32,000 nucleotides of DNA. Source: Candidatus Electronema halotolerans. Lineage in GTDB: Bacteria; Desulfobacterota; Desulfobulbia; Desulfobulbales; Desulfobulbaceae. The DNA lies in NCBI GenBank assembly GCA_942493095.1, contig OW818675.1:1530001-1562000 (forward strand), written 5' to 3'. Both the position numbers and the translations under genes were made by a program. Position 1 is the stretch's first letter. Every line of letters starts with the position of its first letter. The notes under the pieces are model-generated. The model was not told where the DNA came from. It ran no database searches and worked only from the letters and a program-made list of their open reading frames with translations. Of this stretch, positions 6,605 through 14,850 are shown piece after piece.

Positions 6605-8776
6605 CTACCGTTCCTGCATCTTTGCCTGCATGTATTCGTAATTTCCCTGAAACAGGTCAATGTCTGGATGGCCGCCGGGGAATTTCTTCTTCATGATGGC
6701 GATAGCGCGTTGAAACATCTTTGCTGCGTCTTGGTATTTTTCCTGTTTGTAATAGAGCGCGGCCAGATTGTTCAGGGTGGTCGCCACGGAAGGATGGTCT
6801 TTGCCAAGGGAGTTCTCCCAAATCACCAGCGACCGCTTGTACAGCGGCTCCGCTTCATCGTAACGGCCCTGCGATTCGTATAATCCGGCCAGATTGTTCA
6901 GGCTTTGAGCCACGTCAGGATGGTCTTTGCCGAGCTTGTCTTCCCGAATCACCAGCGAACGCTTGTACAGCGGCTCCGCTTCATCGTAACGGCCCTGCGA
7001 TTCGTAGAGTCCGGCCAGATTGTTCAGGGTGGTTGCCACGTCAGGATGGTCTTTGCCAAGGGATTTCTCGGAAATCTCCAGATCACGCTTGTACAGCGGC
7101 TCCGCTTCATCGTAACGGCCCTGCGATTCGTAGAGTCCGGCCAGATTGTTCAGGGTGGTTGCCACGGAAGGATGGTCTTTGCCAAGGGAGTTCTCCCAAA
7201 TCACCAGCGACCGCTTGTACAGCGGCTCCGCTTCAGCGTAACGGCCCTGCGATTCGTAGAGTCCGGCCAGATTGTTCAGGGTGGTCGCCACGGAAGGATG
7301 GTCTTTGCCAAGGGATTTCTCGGAAATCTCCAGATCACGCTTGTACAGCGGCTCCGCTTCAGCGTAACGGCCCTGCTGCCGATAGAGTCCGGCCAGATTG
7401 TTCAGGGTAGTTGCAACGGAAGGATGGTCCTTGCCAAGAGATTTCTCATTGATCTCCAGCGACCGCTTGTAGAGCGGCTCTGCTTCAGCGTAACGGCCCT
7501 GCGATTCGTATAATGCGGCCAGATTGTTCAGGGTGGTCGCCACGTCAGGATGGTCTTTGCCAAGGGATTTCTCGGAAATCTCCAGATCACGCTTGTACAG
7601 CGGCTCGGCTTCAGCGTAACGGCCCTGCATTCTGTACAGCTCGGCCAAATTGTTCAGGGTGGTCGCCACGGAAGGATGGTCTTTGCCAAGGGAGTTCTCC
7701 CAAATCACCAGCGACCGCTTGTACAGCGGCTCGGCTTCAGCGTAACGGCCCTGCATTCTGTACAGCTCGGCCAAATTGTTCATGGTGGTCGCCACGGAAG
7801 GATGGTCTTTGCCAAGGGAGTTCTCGGAAATCTCCAGATCACGCTTGTACAGCGGCTCCGCTTCAGCGTAACGGCCCTGCGATTCGTATAATGCGGCCAG
7901 ATTGTTCAGGGTGGTCGCCACGTCAGGATGGTCTTTGCCAAGGGAGTTCTCCTTGATCACCAGCGACCGCTTGTACAGCGGCTCCGCTTCTGCGTAACGG
8001 CCCTGCGACTGATAAAGATTTGCCAAACTGTTTAAGGCGTTGGCAAGATCAAGATTGTCCTTCCCTTCTGCCTCCCGCATCTTCAACAGCCGTTCCAGCC
8101 ATTCCTGCGCATGGCGGTAGTCGCCCAGCGTGCGGGCCATCTTTCCGGCAGCCAGCAGATAGTCCGGGTTGTCCTCCTCCAAAGCCACAGCCTTTTTGTA
8201 CTGGCGCATGGCCTTGGCGTAATCCAAGCGGCCTGCAGCAAGCTGGCCGCTCTGAAAGGCGGCAAGGGCCACAGATTTGCCGTCCTTGTCCACCACCTCA
8301 TCAAAGACCTGCTCCGCTGCCGCAGTGTCGCCCTGCGCCAAACTTTTTTCAGCTTTGGCAATCAGGGCAGGAGACAGATGGCCTTGCAGCTCGGCAAGGG
8401 CTTTTTCCGCACTCCTGCGGCGGGCCAGCTCCTCCTCGTAGCTCTGCTGGAGATTGGCTGATTTTTCTTCCAAGCCTTTCACCTTCAGCTCCAGCAGGCG
8501 GCGTTCCTCGGCAGCAAGGCCGGGAGCCTGCATTTCCTTGGCAGCTTTCCGCAGCTCTTCCTGAAGCATCTGCCGGTATTCTTCCTTCTTCAGGCCGTAA
8601 TTCACATCACCGCCCGCGTTGATCACATTGCCCTGCACAGTCACCTTGCCGCTGTCCGTGGCTTTAATCTCCATATCAGCAGCCTCAGCAGCAACTGTCG
8701 AAAGACAGAAACAGACCGCCGCAAGCATCAATCCTTTCTTACTGTTCATCATTCTTCTCCACATTGCCGTCCGCAT
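6605..8776 (-). CDS. Secreted TPR-repeat protein (about ten near-identical 42-aa KLC-type TPR units)
   Basis: The 723-aa ORF has a signal-peptide-like N-terminus, (M)MNSKKGLMLAAVCFCLSTVAAEA|AD. This is followed by a Gly/Asn motif, a coiled-coil-like segment, and units of the form GRYAEAEPLYKRSLVIWENSLGKDHPSVATTLNNLAGLYESQ. The real start may be ATG 8752 or 8749 (MMNSKK) rather than 8776. Confidence 0.9.
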   Translation of the reverse strand: MRTAMWRRMMNSKKGLMLAAVCFCLSTVAAEAADMEIKATDSGKVTVQGNVINAGGDVNYGLKKEEYRQMLQEELRKAAKEMQAPGLAAEERRLLELKVKGLEEKSANLQQSYEEELARRRSAEKALAELQGHLSPALIAKAEKSLAQGDTAAAEQVFDEVVDKDGKSVALAAFQSGQLAAGRLDYAKAMRQYKKAVALEEDNPDYLLAAGKMARTLGDYRHAQEWLERLLKMREAEGKDNLDLANALNSLANLYQSQGRYAEAEPLYKRSLVIKENSLGKDHPDVATTLNNLAALYESQGRYAEAEPLYKRDLEISENSLGKDHPSVATTMNNLAELYRMQGRYAEAEPLYKRSLVIWENSLGKDHPSVATTLNNLAELYRMQGRYAEAEPLYKRDLEISEKSLGKDHPDVATTLNNLAALYESQGRYAEAEPLYKRSLEINEKSLGKDHPSVATTLNNLAGLYRQQGRYAEAEPLYKRDLEISEKSLGKDHPSVATTLNNLAGLYESQGRYAEAEPLYKRSLVIWENSLGKDHPSVATTLNNLAGLYESQGRYDEAEPLYKRDLEISEKSLGKDHPDVATTLNNLAGLYESQGRYDEAEPLYKRSLVIREDKLGKDHPDVAQSLNNLAGLYESQGRYDEAEPLYKRSLVIWENSLGKDHPSVATTLNNLAALYYKQEKYQDAAKMFQRAIAIMKKKFPGGHPDIDLFQGNYEYMQAKMQER
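6740..8030. repeat. Intragenic 126-bp tandem repeat array (about 10 units)
   Basis: The string cttgtacagcggctc recurs at 6836, 6962, 7088, 7214, 7340, 7592, 7718, 7844 and 7970, with a variant (cttgtagagcggctc) at 7466. The period is exactly 126 bp. These repeats generate the families of repetitive + strand shadow ORFs at 6721-7956. Confidence 0.9.
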
Positions 8777-9164
8777 TGATCAAATCACCGCCTATCGAAA
8801 CCTCTCCTTGCTCAGAAGCCGTGATGCTGAGGGAATTTCTTTTTTCTGGAGCCACTGCCGCATTCTTTTGCTCTGTGACAGGTTGCTGCACAACCGGTTC
8901 TGCCGATGCTGCCGGAGTCTTAGCCTGCCTCTCATCCGCCGAACTGTCTTTCCAATTCAAGGCAATGCCGCCAGCAACTGCGATTGCCGCCAGCAGAAAG
9001 AGCAGCAGCATGGCCCGGTGCAGCAGTCGCTCAGTCGCTGTGCCGGTCAGCTTGCTGTTGTTGAGAAAGAGCGGTTTGATGATCAGGGCGAAAAGAAACA
9101 GGCCGAATCCGGCAAAGACCAACGGATGGTGCAGATGTTCAATCCAAACGCTGATATTGTTCAC
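8739..9164 (-). CDS. Small two-TM membrane protein with a Pro/Ala/Gln-rich tail ending in a Gly/Asn motif
   Basis: The 141-aa product has hydrophobic segments PLVFAGFGLFLFALIIKPLF and AMLLLFLLAAIAVAGGIAL. The C-terminal tail ends ...ITASEQGEVSIGGDLINADGNVEKNDEQ. It overlaps the transglutaminase stop by 26 nt, and its own stop overlaps the start region of the TPR gene. Confidence 0.6.
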   Translation of the reverse strand: MNNISVWIEHLHHPLVFAGFGLFLFALIIKPLFLNNSKLTGTATERLLHRAMLLLFLLAAIAVAGGIALNWKDSSADERQAKTPAASAEPVVQQPVTEQKNAAVAPEKRNSLSITASEQGEVSIGGDLINADGNVEKNDEQ

Positions 9165-10011
9165 TGCCAGTCTCCCACGTCATTTCAATCGCAAAGTCCA
9201 TTGCCGCAGAAACCCCAGTGCCCCGGTATGTGCCGCTGACTGGCGCGGCACCGGCAGACGCATGGCTGGCTGCCAAGGGAATGTGCTGCTCTGCCACAGC
9301 CAAGCCCAGCGTCGGATCATAGCCCTGCCAGCCGCCGCCGGGCAGATGCACTTCCGCCCACGCATGAAGCTCGTAATCTTCTTCACTCTCACCGACGTGA
9401 TAGCCGCTGACAAAGCGGGCTGCAATGCCGACTGCCCGGCAGCAGGCCATGAACAGGACAGCAAGGTCGCGGCAGGCCCCTTCCCTGCTCTGCAAGACTG
9501 CAGCGGGCTGCATCGGCGCGCCTTCCTCTCTATGCGTCACAGTGAACGCTTCATAGATCGTCTTGTTCAGCAGGAAAAGAAAAGGAATGGTCTCCTTGCC
9601 TGCCGCCTCAACAATCGGGGCAATGAAATCCCTGACCACCGCCTCTGCTTCCCCTTTGCCACGATAAAGAGCCAGCGCTGCCGCCTCACTGCCGGAACAG
9701 CTGACCGGCAGACGGGAAAATCCGTTGTCTGTGATCAAATAGCCAAAGGGGTTGACTGAACTTGTCTCAAGGACGAATTCGGATTGGATGATCAGTGCGT
9801 CCATCAGCTCTGCAAACCAAGCGCAGGCTGCCAGATTGCCTTCCGCGTCAAGGAATTCGTGCAGTCCGGCAGGCTGCGGCTCAAGCCGCAGGGAAAAATT
9901 CCTGACCTGCCGGAAGGCATCGCTGCGGGGCCGGAGCCGGACAATGTGCGGCTCCAGAAAGACTGGCGCGGAATAACGGTACTGGATGCGGTGTTTGAGC
10001 CGAAGAATCAT
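9139..10011 (-). CDS. Transglutaminase-like protein (N-terminal Bact_transglu_N-type region plus Cys-His-Asp core)
   Basis: MILRLKHRIQYRYSAPVFLEPHIVRLRPR is present. The core motifs are EGACRDLAVLFMACCRAVGIAARFVSGY, HAWAEV and GWQGYDPT. Confidence 0.85.
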   Translation of the reverse strand: MILRLKHRIQYRYSAPVFLEPHIVRLRPRSDAFRQVRNFSLRLEPQPAGLHEFLDAEGNLAACAWFAELMDALIIQSEFVLETSSVNPFGYLITDNGFSRLPVSCSGSEAAALALYRGKGEAEAVVRDFIAPIVEAAGKETIPFLFLLNKTIYEAFTVTHREEGAPMQPAAVLQSREGACRDLAVLFMACCRAVGIAARFVSGYHVGESEEDYELHAWAEVHLPGGGWQGYDPTLGLAVAEQHIPLAASHASAGAAPVSGTYRGTGVSAAMDFAIEMTWETGSEQYQRLD

Positions 10012-10751
10012 TTCCGACCGCCATTTGCATTCAGTTTGTGCAGCAGGCCGTCAATCCATTCATCCGGCAGCTCCTTGATGCCCTTGCGCAGCACCTCGTC
10101 CCACCAGATTGAAATCTCGGCCAAGTCCTCCTGATAAAAGCGGTGCTGAATCATCTGAAAGGAATTCTTGCGATAGAGCACCACATCCATAGGAAAATCG
10201 ACATCTGCCGCGCTGATTCGGGTGGAATCAAAAGAAAGACAGCCCACCTTGACGGCAAAGGCCAAGGAATCCTTGCTGGAAAAGGTTCGGTCGAGAATCG
10301 GCTTGCCATAGCCTGGCGCGCCGATGATCTGATACGGGGTCTCCTCGCTGATCTCCACCCAGTTGCCTTCAGGATAAACCAAGTAAAGGGAATGCGCGGC
10401 ATCAGCAGCCATCTGCCCGCCGATCAGGCAGTGCATGTTGAAGAGCAGGCCGCTTTCTTCAAGAAAGGGCTTGTCTTCCGCAGCCACCTGCCGGATCATC
10501 CGGGAAAAGATATTGACTGTCTTGAACATCCGGTCGCACGGCTCGTCTAATTTCTCAAGATGCTCAGTGAAATAGGTGATGGTCTTGTCGCTCACCGATC
10601 TGAGGCCAGAGGTGAGCAGGAACAGGCCGCCTTGACCGTGATTGATGCAGGTTAGCTTCTTGCTCCGGGTCAGTTCATTGCCGGATGTGATCAGGGTGTC
10701 GGCAATGCCGACCAAGCCCTCCTCAGTCCGCATTCCCAAACAATAGGTCAT
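10008..10751 (-). CDS. Anbu-type proteasome beta-subunit homologue (Ntn hydrolase, COG3484-like)
   Basis: It starts MTYCLGMRTEEGLVGIADT, so Thr follows the initiator Met. The gene context (ATP-grasp, alpha-E, transglutaminase) is the classic Anbu operon. ATGA-type 4-nt overlaps occur on both sides. Confidence 0.75.
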   Translation of the reverse strand: MTYCLGMRTEEGLVGIADTLITSGNELTRSKKLTCINHGQGGLFLLTSGLRSVSDKTITYFTEHLEKLDEPCDRMFKTVNIFSRMIRQVAAEDKPFLEESGLLFNMHCLIGGQMAADAAHSLYLVYPEGNWVEISEETPYQIIGAPGYGKPILDRTFSSKDSLAFAVKVGCLSFDSTRISAADVDFPMDVVLYRKNSFQMIQHRFYQEDLAEISIWWDEVLRKGIKELPDEWIDGLLHKLNANGGRK

Positions 10752-11746
10752 GTTATGGTCTCCATAAGAGAAAATTGCTCCTGCTTGGCTGAAGCCTCAG
10801 CAGGCGCGGGCAGGAAAAAGGCATTTCTGATCTCCAAGCCGATCTGATTGAGCCGGGCTTGGAGCGCGTCAAGATATTCGTGCATCCCGGTCGCCATCAC
10901 CTCTTGGATGTCGGAATAGTTCAGGTCCGCCAGCAGTCTGCCAAGGTGTTTTTCCGGTTTGCTGCGGCCCGAACCATGCGGCGAGCCAGTGATTCGGTGC
11001 AGCGATTCAAAGGCGCTGGCCACGGCATGGCGGATCGAACGGGGAAACTCGGCGTTGAAGATGAGAAAATCAGCAACATGAACCGGCGCGATCCGGTGAT
11101 GCACCTTGCGGTACATGTCATGGGCGCTGGCTGATTTCAGCACTGCCGCCCACTGAATGTTGTCATAAGGGCTGCCGACAGCATTGGCCTTGGGCAGAAG
11201 CATGAAGTATTTCACATCCAAGATGCGGGAAACCTTGTCCGCCCGCTCAATCATCAGGCCCATGCGGGCGAAATGCCAGGCCTCGCCGTGGGTCATGGTC
11301 GAGTAGAGCAGGCCGGAGAACATGTGGCTGCGCATCTTGATCATGAGAAAGAACTTGTGCGGTTCGTTCTGGGCAAAACCGCTGTGCTCCGCCTCTTTCA
11401 GCTCAATGTGGAAGCGGTTGAGCTGCTCCCACATCTCTGAGGAGATCACCTCCCGCACAGAGCGGGCGTTCTCGCGGGCCGCCTGCAGACAGGAAATGAT
11501 TGAATTCGGATTGCTGCGCTCAAAGGTGAGGAAATGAATCACCTTGTCCTGCGAATACTCGGCATGCAGCACCTTAAAGGCCTCCCGGTCGCCAGTGATG
11601 GCGATCATCGGCTCCCATTGCAGATGCGCGTCCAGCGGCATGTCCAAGAGCAAATTCAGATTCACGCCGATGAAACGGGCCGTGTTCTCAGCCCGTTCAA
11701 TGTAGCGGCACATCCAATAGACAGCATTGGCAACACGGCTTAACAT
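10748..11746 (-). CDS. Alpha-E domain protein (COG2307 / DUF403)
   Basis: MLSRVANAVYWMCRYIERAENTARF is the characteristic alpha-E N-terminus. The gene sits between the ATP-grasp and Anbu genes. Confidence 0.85.
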   Translation of the reverse strand: MLSRVANAVYWMCRYIERAENTARFIGVNLNLLLDMPLDAHLQWEPMIAITGDREAFKVLHAEYSQDKVIHFLTFERSNPNSIISCLQAARENARSVREVISSEMWEQLNRFHIELKEAEHSGFAQNEPHKFFLMIKMRSHMFSGLLYSTMTHGEAWHFARMGLMIERADKVSRILDVKYFMLLPKANAVGSPYDNIQWAAVLKSASAHDMYRKVHHRIAPVHVADFLIFNAEFPRSIRHAVASAFESLHRITGSPHGSGRSKPEKHLGRLLADLNYSDIQEVMATGMHEYLDALQARLNQIGLEIRNAFFLPAPAEASAKQEQFSLMETIT

Positions 11747-11767
11747 ATCGTCTCTCCTTGCCTGATC

Positions 11768-12990
11768 TTATTGATTGAAGTCAACCACCCACGTGTCCTT
11801 GCTTCCGCCGCCCTGCGAGGAGTTGACCACCAGAGAATCCTTGCGCAGGGCAACTCTGGTCAGGCCGCCAGGCAGCACGTAGATGTCCTCGCCGTAGAGA
11901 ATATAGGGCCGCAGATCAACATGGCGGCCTTTTATTTCGCCGTCAATGATGGTCGGGGCACGGGACAGGGCCAAAGTGGGCTGGGCCATGTAGTTGCGCG
12001 GATTCGCTTTGATCAGTGCGGCGAATTTCTCCCGTTCCGCTGCCGAGGCATGCGGCCCGACCAGCATTCCGTAGCCGCCGGACTCGTTGGCCGCCTTGAC
12101 CACCAGCTTGTCCAAATTGGCCAGCACATAGTCCCGCTCCTTGGGATCAGAGCAGATGTAGGTCGGCACATTGGGCAGAATCTGGTCTTCGCCGGTGTAG
12201 TATTTGATGATCTTGGGCACATAAGCATAAATGACCTTGTCATCAGCAATGCCGGTGCCGGGCGCGTTGGCTAAGGCCAAGCGGCCTGCCTTGCAGACCT
12301 CCATCAGGCCGGGCACACCGAGCACGGAATCCGGCCTGAAAGCCAGCGGGTCAATGAAGTCATCATCAATGCGGCGGTACAGAACATCGATCTTTTGCAG
12401 CCCCTTGGTGGTGCGCATGTGGACAAAGCCGTCGTGGACAAGCAGATCCTGGCCTTCAACCAGCTCAATTCCCATCTGGCGGGCAAGGAAGGAATGCTCA
12501 AAATAGGCGGAATTGTAGATGCCCGGCGTGAGCACGCCGATGGTGGGCGAGGCGACATGCTCCGGCACCAGATGCTCCAGCGTGTCCAAGAGCCGGTTCG
12601 GGTAGTCATCAACCGGGCGGACATTCGACTTGTCAAAGACCGAGGAGAAGGTCCGCTTTAAGACTTGCCGATTTTCCAGCACATAGGAAACACCGGAAGG
12701 ACAGCGCAGGTTGTCCTCCAGCACGTAAAAGGTGCCGTCCCGGTCCCGCACCAAGTCTGTGCCGGTGACATGGCACCAGATGTTCTTGGGCGGACTGAAG
12801 CCTTCGCACTCCTTGCGGAAGGTCTTGCTGGTGAAGATGACTTCCTCCGGCACCACCTTGTCTTTGAGGATTTTCTTGTCGTGATAGATGTCATCAATAA
12901 AGGCGTTCAGGGCAAAGATGCGCTGCTTGAGGCCCGCCTCCACCCGCTCCCATTCCTTGCCATCGACAATGCGGGGAATGATGTCAAAGG
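11768..12990 (-). pseudogene. Circularly permuted ATP-grasp type 2 protein (COG2308), C-terminal 3/4, cut off by an IS insertion
   Basis: The reading frame continues upstream of the track ORF as ...[40 protein letters not shown]. It then hits a stop just inside the IS end at 13004-13006. Confidence 0.85.
12982..12990. repeat. Target-site duplication, left copy (TGTCAAAGG)
   Basis: The same 9-mer occurs at 14272-14280, directly abutting the other IS terminus. Confidence 0.85.
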
Positions 12991-14271
12991 CAGCAGTGTC
13001 TGGTTAGTTTTTTGCAAGCGAATCTGTGAACAACAGACTGTCCGCTTGACAGCGTGACCGTGAGGTTTCATTATCTTCCTGTAATCAACAATAACAGGGA
13101 GATGTCCTAGTGAAGCCGCTTGTTGTGAAGAAAAAAATCACGTCCCGAACGTATGATGAGTTCTGTCTGCCTCTGCGCGATATTTTGCGCAGCACTCCTG
13201 TGTTGAAGTCACGGGGAGACCGGCCTTTGCAAATGACGTTCGAGCATCAGCTCAATGCCCTGATCTGGTTTCATTTGCAGGAGCATGATTCGGCGCGGCA
13301 TCTTGTTTCCGATCTCAACAGGAATGACTTTGCGAAGGAATTCATTGCGCCGGATGGAGGCATCAGCCGGAGCAGTTTTTCAGAAGCTGTTAATAATCGG
13401 GGACTTGAGCAGCTTCAGCATGTTTTCAATGAACTCTCAAAGCAGGCCCGCGCAACGCTTCCGGCTGACTTTCAGGCACTCGGCGAGCTTGTCGCAATCG
13501 ACGGCTCGCTGATTGATACGGTTCTTTCCATGCACTGGGCTGATTACAGGAAAAAATCCAAGAAAGCCAAGGGTCATTTCGGGTTCGATATCAACCGGGG
13601 CATTCCGACCGGATTCCATTTGACTGAAGGCAAGGCGGGAGAGCGTCCTTTTGTCGAGCAAATTCTCGCCGCAGGGCAGACAGGAGTGATGGACAGGGGG
13701 TATCAATCTCATATTCTGTTCGATTCGCTTCAAAAAGCGGGAAAAAATTTTGTCTGCCGCATCAAAGCCTGCACAATAAAGAGTATTATCAAAGAAAATT
13801 GCGTCAAACCGGGCAGCAATGTCTTTCAAGATTCATCGGCGCATCTCGGCACGGCAAAAAATCGGACCGAGTTGCCGGTTCGGGTCATCGGGTATCTGGT
13901 TGAAGGAGTAAAATATTATGTCGCAACGAACAGGTTTGATCTGACAGCGGAACAGGTTGCGGAAATTTATAAGCTGCGCTGGAATATCGAAACGTTTTTC
14001 AATTGGTGGAAACAGCATCTGCATGTTTATCATCTGATTGCCCGAAGCAGATACGGTCTCACTGTTCAGATGCTCGGCGGATTGATCACATACCTGTTAA
14101 TGGCAATGTATTGCCGGAAAAACTTCAATGAACAAGTTTCTGTTCAAAATATCAGACTGATACGGTCAAATATTCAGAATGAATTAATGGCGGCTGGACG
14201 AAATAACAGCGGAACTTACTCCACGACATCCAGCGTAAAATTTTATGCAAAAACCTAACCGGACACTACTG
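12991..14271 (+). mobile_element. IS4-family insertion sequence, 1281 bp
   Basis: IRL at 12991-13016 is CAGCAGTGTCTGGTTAGTTTTTTGCA. The reverse complement of IRR at 14246-14271 is CAGTAGTGTCCGGTTAGGTTTTTGCA, a 23/26 match. The element has a single transposase ORF, a 9-bp direct duplication of the target, and interrupts a recognisable gene. Confidence 0.9.
13110..14258 (+). CDS. DDE transposase, IS4 family
   Basis: The 382-aa ORF has a GTG start with GGGAG upstream. The DDE residues fit AIDGS, VMDRGY and the Y-x2-R-x3-E-x6-K signature YKLRWNIETFFNWWK. Confidence 0.85.
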   Translation: MKPLVVKKKITSRTYDEFCLPLRDILRSTPVLKSRGDRPLQMTFEHQLNALIWFHLQEHDSARHLVSDLNRNDFAKEFIAPDGGISRSSFSEAVNNRGLEQLQHVFNELSKQARATLPADFQALGELVAIDGSLIDTVLSMHWADYRKKSKKAKGHFGFDINRGIPTGFHLTEGKAGERPFVEQILAAGQTGVMDRGYQSHILFDSLQKAGKNFVCRIKACTIKSIIKENCVKPGSNVFQDSSAHLGTAKNRTELPVRVIGYLVEGVKYYVATNRFDLTAEQVAEIYKLRWNIETFFNWWKQHLHVYHLIARSRYGLTVQMLGGLITYLLMAMYCRKNFNEQVSVQNIRLIRSNIQNELMAAGRNNSGTYSTTSSVKFYAKT

Positions 14272-14280
14272 TGTCAAAGG
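14272..14280. repeat. Target-site duplication, right copy (TGTCAAAGG)
   Basis: Identical to 12982-12990. Confidence 0.85.
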
Positions 14281-14497
14281 GAAAGATTTTCTCCGCCCCT
14301 TCCTCATTGCCATAGACCGCAAAGGTGATGCCCATTTGCAGGAGCATGATCTCCGCCGCCTGCTGCTTGGCCAGCAGATCATCTTGCGAAAGGGATTCAA
14401 TCTTTTCAATCAGCAGCTTGGCTCCTGGATGCGGCTGGTCAGGCCCAGCAAAAAGTTCATCATAAAAGCCGTCAAGGTGATACTCTGATAACTCCAT
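14272..14497 (-). pseudogene. Circularly permuted ATP-grasp type 2 protein, N-terminal fragment
   Basis: MELSEYHLDGFYDELF...MGITFAVYGNEEGAEKIFPFD then reads into the IS (TVVSG*). Removing the IS and one TSD copy joins ...EKIFPFD to [11 protein letters not shown]... in frame. The rejoined gene is 1440 nt, giving a 479-aa product. Confidence 0.85.
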
Positions 14498-14561
14498 ATA
14501 ACGTTTCTCCTTTCTTGTGACAGGTGTTTCGGTTCAGCCTTGTCTGTTTTTCCTCTGAGAC

Positions 14562-14570
14562 AGTATAGCA
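14562..14570 (-). promoter_or_regulatory. Candidate extended -10 promoter element (TGCTATACT) for the Anbu operon
   Basis: The minus strand reads ...GGAACATGCTATACTGTCTCAG..., about 65 nt upstream of ATG 14497. That ATG has an AGGAG ribosome-binding site. No convincing -35 element is present. This is a pattern match only. Confidence 0.3.
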
Positions 14571-14850
14571 TGTTCCTGCCGCATCGCCCCAATATCTTCT
14601 AAGGGCAGGCTGGAATGAGGGGCGGACAGGGGGCCGTCCCTCCAGGAGAGAGACAGACGGCAGCTTTTCGGGAATATGCAAGGTTCTGGCAGGACTGTGC
14701 AAGTCATGCGTTTGCCGTGGTTGAAGCCGAAAGACTATGAGAACTTGAAACTTCTCGGAGAGGCTCTGAAAAACATTTCAGAAAGATTCGGACGGGATGT
14801 TTTTAACTTGATCACCCTCAAGTCAAGGGATGCCGCCTGCCAGCTTCTTC

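Noticed and set aside
6196-6660. 154-aa minus-strand ORF spanning the M23 N-terminus and the 6402-6604 gap
   Set aside because: It overlaps the well-supported M23 gene out of frame and also overlaps the TPR gene's stop region. It is Arg-rich with no motif and is probably spurious.
6721-7956. Several + strand ORFs (229, 202, 147 and 113 aa) with repetitive RPDCSGWSPRKDGLCQG-type sequence
   Set aside because: They are antisense or out-of-frame readings of the 126-bp TPR repeat array. Their periodicity simply mirrors the real minus-strand gene.
6740-8030. Possible CRISPR array (regular repeats)
   Set aside because: The repeats are contiguous, with no unique spacers, and have a 126-bp period. 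They lie in frame within a TPR coding sequence. The 23-bp array at 21498-21635 likewise has no spacers.
8764-9759. 331-aa + strand ORF
   Set aside because: It is antisense to the 2-TM protein and transglutaminase genes.
12991-13109. Outward-facing promoter from the IS left end that might re-drive the Anbu operon
   Set aside because: TTGCAA within IRL and TTGACA in the flank lack a plausible -10 element at the right spacing. I cannot support a hybrid promoter from sequence.
14687-14701. Sigma54-like TGGCAGGACTGTGCA on the + strand
   Set aside because: The GG-to-GC spacing is one nucleotide short of the -24/-12 consensus. The motif also points into the 3' end of sbcD, with no + strand gene downstream.
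14498-14850. Possible degraded sbcC start after sbcD (the ATGA at the sbcD stop gives MRRSWQAASLDLRVIKLK...)
   Set aside because: This frame is open for only about 40 codons, has no Walker A motif, and the resemblance to SbcC N-termini is too weak to claim.
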